Assembly: GCF_963664415.2 (NCBI RefSeq)
Contig: NZ_CAXXPY010000004.1
Span: forward strand, 415,742-479,741
Source: an uncultured Desulfobacter sp.
GTDB lineage: Bacteria; Desulfobacterota; Desulfobacteria; Desulfobacterales; Desulfobacteraceae
DNA length: 64,000 nucleotides
Direction: 5' to 3'
Position 1 is the stretch's first letter; every line of letters starts with the position of its first letter. The translations under genes were made by a program, and so were the position numbers. The notes under the pieces were generated by a model. The model was given only the letters and a program-made list of their open reading frames with translations. It did no database searches and was not told the origin of the DNA. This document shows positions 46,357 to 54,622 of this stretch, in pieces.

Positions 46357-47151
46357 TTAACCGTACACATCCCCCCTGCGATCCTGTCCAACGGGAATGG
46401 CTTGCCGCACCCGATCCACCAGATCCATGTCAACGTCAGCCTTAATGATACCGGACTTATCATCGCCTAGGGCAAGAACAGACCCGTTGGGATCAACAAT
46501 CATTGAACTGCCTGGAAAAACAAGTCCGTTGATGTCGGTGCCCGTACGGTTGCAGCAGATAAACCAAGCCTGGTTTTCAATGGCCCGTGCCTGGATTAAT
46601 GTCTGCCAATGAGCCACCCGGGTCAGGGGCCACTGGGCACTGACCACAAAAAGCTGTGCTCCATTAAGGAAAAGGCGGCGGGCAAGTTCGGGGAATCGCA
46701 GATCATAGCAGATCATTGCACCGACATGACCCAGACTGGTATCCGCCGTCACCATTTCATCTCCCCGGGTATAGTACAAATCCTCACCGGTCAACGGGAA
46801 CAGATGCAGTTTGCGATACCGGACCCGAATCTCACCGTCTCTGTCAATAAAATAGAGGGTATTGAATATCAAACCGTCTTCTTGCTCCGGCAAACTTCCG
46901 GCAACGGCCATGGCGCGCTTGCGGGCAAATTCAGATAGACGTTGAATCCCCTCTTTTACATCCGGCATTAGCTGGATCATATTTTCATTGTCAAATCCGG
47001 TTAAAAAAAACTCCGGGCAGACCCCAAGGGATGCGCCCTGCTCTGCCAAGTGTTCTAGATGCCCAAGGGCAACAGAAAGATTGCCCCTGACATCCCCGTC
47101 TTTCACATCAAACTGGACGGCACCAGCCTTAAACTGTGTTGTCATGATCAT
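46357..47151 (-). CDS. carbon-nitrogen hydrolase (nitrilase superfamily)
   Basis: An E-K-C triad context is present: GVCPEFF, YRKLHLF and GAMICYDLRFPE. Confidence 0.8.
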   Translation of the reverse strand: MIMTTQFKAGAVQFDVKDGDVRGNLSVALGHLEHLAEQGASLGVCPEFFLTGFDNENMIQLMPDVKEGIQRLSEFARKRAMAVAGSLPEQEDGLIFNTLYFIDRDGEIRVRYRKLHLFPLTGEDLYYTRGDEMVTADTSLGHVGAMICYDLRFPELARRLFLNGAQLFVVSAQWPLTRVAHWQTLIQARAIENQAWFICCNRTGTDINGLVFPGSSMIVDPNGSVLALGDDKSGIIKADVDMDLVDRVRQAIPVGQDRRGDVYG

Positions 47152-47159
47152 ATTGCCCT

Positions 47160-48506
47160 TTAATGCTTGATCATGTCCGCGATCTGGAACGCTACTTCCA
47201 AGCTCTGTTCCGCATTGAGCCTGGGGTCACAGGTGGTATCATATCGATTATGAAGCTCTTCGCTGACAATATTTCTGGCACCGCCAACACATTCGGTTAC
47301 ATTTTTGCCTGTCATTTCAAGATGAACGCCTCCCGGAATGGTTCCTTCTGCCCAGTGAATTTCAAAAAAACGGGTGATTTCCTTTAAAATATCATTAAAA
47401 TCCCGGGTCTTGTGTCCGGATTCCGAGGTAAAGGTATTGGCATGCATGGGATCGCAGTTCCACACGATATGGGCCCCCTCTTTTTTGATTTCTCGAAGCA
47501 GGGCCGGCAGCTTTTTCTCGATATTGTCGCATCCCATTCGGGTAATCAGCGTCAATCTTCCGGGTTCGTTTTCAGGGTTCAGGATTTCAATGAGCTGCTT
47601 GATATTGTCAATATCATGATCCGGGCCGATTTTTACCCCTATCGGATTAAGTACACCTTTTAGGAATTCAACATGAGCACCGTCCACCTGCCGGGTTCTC
47701 TCGCCAATCCAAAGCATATGAGCCGAACAATCATACCAGTCACCAGTGGTGGAATCAATCCGGGTCAACGCCTCTTCGTAAGGCAGCAAAAGGGCTTCAT
47801 GGGATGTAAAAATCTGGGTTTGATTAATCTGGGGAATATCCGTGGGAATTCCGATGGTATTCATAAATTTCATGGCCTGGTCAATCTGTTTGGCTAGACG
47901 ATCATAAGACCGTCCCATGGGGGATTGCGCCACAAACTCCTGGTTCCAGGCCTGAACCCTGTGAAGTGCTGCGTACCCGCCCCGGGTAAATGCCCGCAAC
48001 AGATTTAGGGTGGAGGCAGCCAGATAATAGCCTTTAAGCATGTATTTAGGATTCGGGGTCCGCGCCTTGATTGAAAATTCATTTTTATTCACCATGTCTC
48101 CCCGATAAGATGGCAGCTCCACACCATCGACAGTTTCCGTATCTGACGAACGGGGTTTAGCAAACTGCCCGGCAATCCGGCCCACCTTTATGGCGGGCTT
48201 TCCACCGGCATAGGCCATAACAACGGCCATCTGCAACAACACTTTCATGGTTTCCCTGATAGTCGGTGCCGTAACCTGGGAAAAATCTTCTGAACAGTCG
48301 CCACCTTGAATCAGAAACGCCTCTCCCTTTGACGCTTTAGCCAGCAGGTCTTTTAACGTTCTTATTTCCCCGGCAAAAACCAGCGGCGGCAGTAAAGCCA
48401 AATCCTTGGTGACTTTTTCCAACGCATTTTGATCCGGCCAGTTAGGCTGCTGAAGGGCCGTGTAATTTTTCCAACTTGATTTTGTCCATCCATTTTGATT
48501 TGTCAT
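47160..48506 (-). CDS. class II 3-deoxy-7-phosphoheptulonate (DAHP) synthase
   Basis: GEAFLIQGGDCSEDF and the overall 448-aa architecture are typical of class II enzymes. Confidence 0.9.
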   Translation of the reverse strand: MTNQNGWTKSSWKNYTALQQPNWPDQNALEKVTKDLALLPPLVFAGEIRTLKDLLAKASKGEAFLIQGGDCSEDFSQVTAPTIRETMKVLLQMAVVMAYAGGKPAIKVGRIAGQFAKPRSSDTETVDGVELPSYRGDMVNKNEFSIKARTPNPKYMLKGYYLAASTLNLLRAFTRGGYAALHRVQAWNQEFVAQSPMGRSYDRLAKQIDQAMKFMNTIGIPTDIPQINQTQIFTSHEALLLPYEEALTRIDSTTGDWYDCSAHMLWIGERTRQVDGAHVEFLKGVLNPIGVKIGPDHDIDNIKQLIEILNPENEPGRLTLITRMGCDNIEKKLPALLREIKKEGAHIVWNCDPMHANTFTSESGHKTRDFNDILKEITRFFEIHWAEGTIPGGVHLEMTGKNVTECVGGARNIVSEELHNRYDTTCDPRLNAEQSLEVAFQIADMIKH

Positions 48507-48843
48507 GTTTATTCCATCTTATCCTCATTTATAAGAAAACCTGTGCAATCTACACGGATCTTTCAACATTAAATTGCTAAATCACGCCCTGCAATTTAGA
48601 ATGTTTATTCCCAAATTGCAAAGTATACAGCGAAAAAATTTGCCGGACCTTTCAGATAATGTTAATAATTTTATTGTTGTTTCTTTAACATTTATACGAA
48701 TCCGGTGATGCGTACTTTTCGAATGTTATCCCGTTAGGGCCATGTTGGTGAATTTTATAAATTCCATGGCCCTTATCAAAAAATTTTATATGAAAAATAA
48801 CAGCGCAACTAAATTCTTTAGAAAACCTTTTTGTGGGGATAAG

Positions 48844-49233
48844 ATGAAAAACAATTATGAATTAGAAAAATTTGTTCGCGATACTTTGGGGTGTGGCTGC
48901 CCACAGGAAGTATTCAACAAAATCGAATATGATAAAAAACAAAATGGACCATGGGAAAGACGAATTAACGTTGGTGATAGATTGCTGGTTTACTTTATCA
49001 ATGTGGATGCAGAGAGGAATATACCTAAAAAAATTACCGCAGCGATGGAATCAGGCGTGACAGAGAGAGATAATAACAAGTTTAACCGCTTTAGACTTGT
49101 TGTAGTGACCTCAAACCATCACGAAATAAGCAAATTATCAGAACAAACGTTTTGTGAGTCAAAACTATTTGACGAAAAAACGCATCTTCACTTTGTGTCG
49201 GAAGATGACATACAAGCACTTGATTGTATATAA
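48844..49233 (+). CDS. hypothetical protein
   Basis: ORF open from 48742. The ATG at 48844 was preferred because gggga lies 5 nt upstream. No motif recognised. Confidence 0.4.
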   Translation: MKNNYELEKFVRDTLGCGCPQEVFNKIEYDKKQNGPWERRINVGDRLLVYFINVDAERNIPKKITAAMESGVTERDNNKFNRFRLVVVTSNHHEISKLSEQTFCESKLFDEKTHLHFVSEDDIQALDCI

Positions 49234-49328
49234 CGGCCATGGGCCGTCCTTAGTCTATCTACACCCAGGCTTCGACCCACAACAAAATACGAAAGTAATT
49301 CAATAGTTTGTTGGTACTTTCATATAAA
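49233..49328 (+). repeat. copy B of the intergenic repeat family
   Basis: ACGGCCATGGGCCGTCCTTAGTCTATCTACACCCAGGCTTCGACCCACAACAAAATACGAAAGTA-loop-TACTTTCATATAA. It starts at the stop codon of the preceding gene. Confidence 0.85.
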
Positions 49329-49409
49329 AAATCAAGGCAAGAACATTCGGCTCTCTTAATTTAAAAGGGATAGATAATAGATTTGCATTATCCAGAACAA
49401 GGGGTATTT

Positions 49410-49697
49410 TCAGCTGTTTGCCGCAAACCGCATTTTGGGCCCGGCTTCGGGTATCTGTCCACGAAGAGCGGCTGAAGTTATGGCATCCCAATGTTCCGCA
49501 ATCATTTCATTGGCCATTTTGAGAATTTGGCTGCTCAACAGCTCTGCATGGTCTGCATGCCGGGCTTTTAAACTTTCAAGCTGCGCACGGATAACCGAAT
49601 CGGTTACGGTTTCAAGTGCCTGATCATATGTCAAAATCGCCTTGGTTTCCAGTTGAATCAATTGCTCCAGTGTTTTTAATGTTGTTTTTTTGTCCAT
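49410..49697 (-). CDS. hypothetical helical protein (possibly ferritin-like four-helix bundle)
   Basis: LEQLIQLETKAILTYDQALE...LESLKARHADHAELL. The start is at the internal ATG at 49697. The family assignment is tentative. Confidence 0.35.
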   Translation of the reverse strand: MDKKTTLKTLEQLIQLETKAILTYDQALETVTDSVIRAQLESLKARHADHAELLSSQILKMANEMIAEHWDAITSAALRGQIPEAGPKMRFAANS

Positions 49698-50108
49698 ACG
49701 TACCTTCCGGTTCTTAAAAAAAGCGTTAAAGATTTTCTTACCCCGTGTCGTATGATCCTCATTTATTGCCTGATCATAATTCAACAATTCAAAACCCAGG
49801 ACCATCAGTTCCACTATTTAAGTACAAAAGGCAAAGAGTTGTATATATGCCCCCCCCCATATTCGCACTTGAAAGACTGTATGTATTTGATTTTATATCA
49901 CAGCTGCCTGGCGGAATGGGTGAAATTTAAACATTAGAGAGACAAAGCCCTTCCCCCCGTAACTTTTTAAATCACCCGTCTTAAAATTTAGTATATAAAC
50001 TTTAAAAAAACTTTTTGAAATATAACATTTCCCTGTATTTTTAGCAAGGTAGGCAATATCTTCCTAAAATAAAAAGGCGATTAATTCCTATGCGCTATTT
50101 ATTACGAT

Positions 50109-50807
50109 CTATTTTTCCGTGGCTGCTTCAATATCGATTATTCTGCTGCTTAAAAGATAAGAACGGGTTTTATACCGCTGAACGTTCATCACTTTCAGCA
50201 ACAGATCCTTTAGTCTTTCCGTACTTTGAAGAATATGGGATACAGGCTCTTTAAATCCCGAGGCACCGGGCTGTTTGATTAATTCTTCGGTTAAAATTTC
50301 ACAATACCCGGAAATAATCTGCACAGGTTGGGCAAACTCATGACAAACGGCCCCGGCCATCTCAAGTACGCCAGTCAACCGCTCTGCCCGTTCACATTCT
50401 CCGGGTTCGGAATCACTGTGCACTAAACGTCGAAGCATTTTAGAATATTGGACTGCGTGCCTGATTTCAGAACGAAATATATTACTTTCCCAAGGTTTTT
50501 TAATGAACCGAAAAACCTGCCCTTGATTAATTGCACTGATGGTTGCATCAATATCTGCGTAGCCCGACATAAGGACTCTGACTGTGGCAGGCAGAATTTG
50601 TTTCATTTTTTCTAAAAAAACAGTACCTTCCATTTCCGGCATTCTCTGATCTGAAACAACAACCGTCGGTTCAATCCCGCTGGCTTCTTTCAGTGCATTG
50701 GCAGGAGACGAAAACAAAAAACATTTAACGGGTTCCTGTCTAAAAATTCGCTCAATTGATTTTAATACCTTAACATCGTCATCAACTATCATGATTTTAT
50801 CATCCAT
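50109..50807 (-). CDS. response-regulator receiver fused to a DHp (HisKA-like) domain without an ATPase domain
   Basis: REC motifs IVDDD, VVSDQRMPEMEG and IKKPW are present. The C-terminal AGAVCHEFAQPVQIISGY is an H-box. The protein ends about 60 aa later. Confidence 0.8.
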   Translation of the reverse strand: MDDKIMIVDDDVKVLKSIERIFRQEPVKCFLFSSPANALKEASGIEPTVVVSDQRMPEMEGTVFLEKMKQILPATVRVLMSGYADIDATISAINQGQVFRFIKKPWESNIFRSEIRHAVQYSKMLRRLVHSDSEPGECERAERLTGVLEMAGAVCHEFAQPVQIISGYCEILTEELIKQPGASGFKEPVSHILQSTERLKDLLLKVMNVQRYKTRSYLLSSRIIDIEAATEK

Positions 50808-50886
50808 GCCATCTCCTGTTTATATTTTAAGGAAGGGAGTGCATCTAGATATTATTGATAAATATCCATATAAGCAACAAAGAGTT

Positions 50887-50979
50887 TGATATGAAAGTTC
50901 CAATAAGGTGCTAAGTTACTTTCAATTTTTGTTGTGGGCTAAGCCTGGCAGATGATATGTCAGGTCGGTCAATGGCCGT
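50887..50979 (-). repeat. copy D of the intergenic repeat family
   Basis: The minus strand reads ACGGCCATTGACCGACCTGACATATCATCTGCCAGGCTTAGCCCACAACAAAAATTGAAAGT-loop-ACTTTCATATCA. Confidence 0.85.
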
Positions 50980-51190
50980 TATTAGGTAACTTGTTTCATC
51001 TAAGTGACCCTAAACAACAAATTGTGAAAAAAATATCGATAAAAGTTCTTTATTTTACGATTTTCTTAATATATTCTGTACAAGTTATTATATAAAAAAG
51101 CGGCTCTTTCTCATCAGTTCGCCCACGTTGATCACTTCAGACATTAAAAATGCGTGGGCTTTTCCAGTTGAAATGGTCTTTTTTTATAGC

Positions 51191-51252
51191 CGATACGAAA
51201 ACGAAAATACGTACTTACAAACGATACGAAAACGAAAATACGTACTTACAAA
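51191..51252. repeat. perfect 31-bp tandem direct repeat (2 units)
   Basis: cgatacgaaaacgaaaatacgtacttacaaa occurs at 51191-51221 and again at 51222-51252. Confidence 0.95.
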
Positions 51253-51634
51253 ACAGATGGCTGTATTGTAATTTATAATGAGTTGCAATCTTATATCGTA
51301 ATTAGGCAACTTATCAACATCATTCAACGACAATGGAATCTGAAAACAAATTCAAGTGCAGGAGATGGTATCAAAAAATGGATGTGACGGATATCGTCAT
51401 ACCTGATACGTACGACAAAATCTTGCATAGCCCCTCACCCAACGACGCCCTAATGCGAAGTGTCTTTTTATGTCCGGTTATACCGCCAAGGTTACCCCAG
51501 AACATGGTGTATTGGAGCGTGGCGTTCATTTTCCCAATAAACCTTTTTCAAAGCAAAACCAGGTAAAAAAGGTGTGGATGAATTCAATCATACAAAAAAA
51601 ATAAATAAAAAATATAGAAACAAAGGAGAGATGA

Positions 51635-52147
51635 ATGACCGACCAACTTGACAGCATGAATAAGGCAGTAGCCGACATGGCCATTAAAACAGGTAAATAC
51701 CTCACTTTCTCTTTAGAATCGGAAGAGTATGGGATTGGTATTCTTAAAGTCAAAGAGATAATTGGCATGTTGCCCATTACTTCGGTTCCAAGAACGCCGG
51801 ACTTTGTCAAGGGCGTTATAAATTTACGGGGAAAGGTCATCCCGGTCATTGATCTTCGGTCAAAGTTCGATATGAAATCAATCTCTTACAATGACAGGAC
51901 CTGCATTATTGTCGTGGAAATTGATGCCGAACAGTCCACGGTTCTAATTGGAATTGTCGTTGATACCGTCTCCGAGGTTTTGAACATAAAAGAAGATGAA
52001 ATTGAGGAACCCCCGGCTTTCGGCACAAAACTGGACACAAGATATATCCTTGGCATGGCCAAACAGGATGCGGGCGTTAAAATTCTTTTAAACATAGATA
52101 AGGTCCTTTCGTCCGACGAAATGGCCGCTATTCAAAATGCGTCATAA
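51635..52147 (+). CDS. cheW: chemotaxis coupling protein CheW
   Basis: YLTFSLESEEYGIGILKVKEI...VINLRGKVIPVIDLR. Confidence 0.9.
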   Translation: MTDQLDSMNKAVADMAIKTGKYLTFSLESEEYGIGILKVKEIIGMLPITSVPRTPDFVKGVINLRGKVIPVIDLRSKFDMKSISYNDRTCIIVVEIDAEQSTVLIGIVVDTVSEVLNIKEDEIEEPPAFGTKLDTRYILGMAKQDAGVKILLNIDKVLSSDEMAAIQNAS

Positions 52148-52178
52148 ACACATGTTTTAAAAAATAAAGGAGTTTAGG

Positions 52179-54515
52179 ATGAAAAACGTAAGTCTGGGAT
52201 TAAAAATAACATATGGATTTGCTGTATTGATCATCATTGCCGTTGCTCTTGGCTTAATGGCTGTTGTGAATATGCGAACGGTAGGAACAAAGAGCACAAT
52301 GCTGGCCGATGAATATGTGCCCGAAGTGGCCATTGCCATGGAATTAAGTAATGCAGCCTGCGAGGTGATGTATGAAATGAGAGGGTATGGTTATACCGAA
52401 GATGAAAAGTTTTTCCACTTGGGTCAAAAAGCGATGAATTCAGTTGACACGGCCTTGCAAAAGGCACGTGAACTTGATGAAAATTCCCAGAATCTAAAAA
52501 AGCTTAAGGCTCAGATTGATACGGCACACAACGCTGTTGAAGAATACAAAGCCCTGACAAAACAGACCGTTGACACCAATGCCAAGCTTGCTGCCAATAG
52601 ACGGATATTGGATGAGTCAGCCCAAAAGTATATATCAAATTCAGCGGATTTTTTGGCGAGCCAGAATGCAAAGTTCAAATCAGATCTGGACGCCCGTCAA
52701 CAAAAAATTCAACTTGCCACAGATCTTGTTCATATCGGTTCCAGCGTCAGGGTTGCCAATTTTAAAGCCCAGGCAACCAACGATGTGAACCTTTTCAAAA
52801 AAGCAATTTCACTCTTGGAGGACATATCTGAACCGTTAAATGACTTAAGAGCCTTGATCCATAGTGAGGCAGATATCCAAAGGGTAAAAGCGATTCGTTC
52901 GGCAGCCCAAGCTTATCAAAAAGCAATAGAGCAATTTATGACCGAGTTTAATCGCAGCGGCCTTGCAGACAAAATTCTGCTGAACAGGTACCGGGACCAA
53001 ATGGACAAAAATGCCGGCATTTATGTGTCCAATTGTGATGAATTTCTTGAAGGGCAGCACGAAAAGCTAACTAAGGATATGATGGAAAGAAATGCAAAAA
53101 TAACCCTGGTAAACGATATTATTACCCTTGGAAATGAGACACGAATTGGCGCCTTTAAATCCCAGGCATTACGAAGCCCTGAATTTATGAATGCAGCGCT
53201 CAATAATTTTTCACACATAGATCGCAAGTTTGAAGAATTGGAAAAAATCACACGATTGCCTGAAGACCTAAAGCGGATAGAGATAGTTGCTGAGGCGGGC
53301 CGCACTTACCAGGGTGCGATGAAAGGGTTTCTTCACAACTGGATTAACATGCAGGATATAGCGGTTAAACGCCGAGACGCCGGAGACAAAGTCGTCAAAG
53401 CATGCGAAACGACGGCAAGCGCCGGAATCGGCGCAACCGATGACATTGCCAAGGAAGCTGTAAAGGCGCTTTCAAGTGCATCCATTCTTATGATTATCGG
53501 ATTAATTGTTGCTCTTATTGTCGGTTTTCTTTCCGCATTTTTTATTACACGCAGCATCACCAAACCGATTAACAGAATCATTGCCGGTCTTAACGAAGGT
53601 GCCGTACAGGTGGCCGCGGCCTCCGGGGAAGTTTCCTCCTCCAGCCAGTCCATGGCCGAAGGCGCATCAGAACAGGCAGCATCCATCGAAGAGACCTCTT
53701 CATCCATGGAAGAGATGTCGTCCATGACTAAGAAAAACGCAGAAAATTCAAATAATGCCGATGGATTGATGAAAGATGCCAATGCGGTTGTAAGCACTGC
53801 CAGCCAATCCATGAATGAATTAACACGGTCCATGGAGGATATCTCCAAAGCATCAGAGGAGACGTCGAAAATAATAAAAACCATTGATGAAATCGCGTTC
53901 CAGACCAATCTGCTTGCGTTGAATGCTGCCGTGGAAGCCGCCCGTGCCGGGGAAGCAGGTGCAGGGTTTGCCGTGGTTGCCGATGAGGTCAGAAATCTGG
54001 CGATGCGGGCTGCCGATGCTGCCAAAGATACGGCAGCCCTTATAGAAGATACGGTCAAAAAAGTAAACGATGGATCCGGCATCGTATCCTCCACCAGTGA
54101 AGCCTTTTCCAAAGTAGCCGAAACCTCGGCCAAAGTCGGCGCATTGGTTTCAGAAATTTCTGTGGCATCAACCGAACAGTCCAATGGAATTGAAGAGGTC
54201 AACAATGCCATCAGTGAAATGGACCGAGTTGTCCAGCAAAATGCGGCCAATGCTGAAGAGTCGGCGTCAGCGGCAGAAGAGATGAGCGCCCAGGCCGAGC
54301 AGTTAAAAGAGTATGTTGATAATCTTGTGCTGCTGGTAACCGGTAAAAGCGATTCAAACCCCAACAGAGGGAATTACCACGCGACCAAATCGGCGCCTAA
54401 AAGCATCCCGAGCAAAACAACGCATAAAGTAAAATCCAGGGATCATCACCTGGATTCAAGTCGTCCGGATCAAGTCATCCCGTTCGATGACGACGAAAGC
54501 TTTGAAGACTTTTAG
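52179..54515 (+). CDS. methyl-accepting chemotaxis protein with a large helical periplasmic domain
   Basis: Two TM segments, HAMP, and the highly conserved signalling hairpin [26 protein letters not shown]. Confidence 0.9.
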   Translation: MKNVSLGLKITYGFAVLIIIAVALGLMAVVNMRTVGTKSTMLADEYVPEVAIAMELSNAACEVMYEMRGYGYTEDEKFFHLGQKAMNSVDTALQKARELDENSQNLKKLKAQIDTAHNAVEEYKALTKQTVDTNAKLAANRRILDESAQKYISNSADFLASQNAKFKSDLDARQQKIQLATDLVHIGSSVRVANFKAQATNDVNLFKKAISLLEDISEPLNDLRALIHSEADIQRVKAIRSAAQAYQKAIEQFMTEFNRSGLADKILLNRYRDQMDKNAGIYVSNCDEFLEGQHEKLTKDMMERNAKITLVNDIITLGNETRIGAFKSQALRSPEFMNAALNNFSHIDRKFEELEKITRLPEDLKRIEIVAEAGRTYQGAMKGFLHNWINMQDIAVKRRDAGDKVVKACETTASAGIGATDDIAKEAVKALSSASILMIIGLIVALIVGFLSAFFITRSITKPINRIIAGLNEGAVQVAAASGEVSSSSQSMAEGASEQAASIEETSSSMEEMSSMTKKNAENSNNADGLMKDANAVVSTASQSMNELTRSMEDISKASEETSKIIKTIDEIAFQTNLLALNAAVEAARAGEAGAGFAVVADEVRNLAMRAADAAKDTAALIEDTVKKVNDGSGIVSSTSEAFSKVAETSAKVGALVSEISVASTEQSNGIEEVNNAISEMDRVVQQNAANAEESASAAEEMSAQAEQLKEYVDNLVLLVTGKSDSNPNRGNYHATKSAPKSIPSKTTHKVKSRDHHLDSSRPDQVIPFDDDESFEDF

Positions 54516-54622
54516 TATCATAAACCTAAAGGTGCAAAACGGGTCGGGGAAAGTGCTCCCCGACCCGGTGTCGGCGGCATCCTTAAAAATTTGACGAGAA
54601 CTTTTAAAATTTGGAAAAGCCA

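Noticed and set aside
51333-51566. 77-aa ORF in the region upstream of cheW
   Set aside because: It has no SD and no motif. Its composition resembles the surrounding non-coding DNA, and it overlaps the third ATACGTAC site. It is treated as non-coding.
53333-54364. 343-aa ORF on the minus strand
   Set aside because: It is antisense to the Ala/Ser/Glu-rich signalling domain of the MCP. Such GC(N)-rich repeats typically leave the opposite strand open. The MCP homology is unambiguous.
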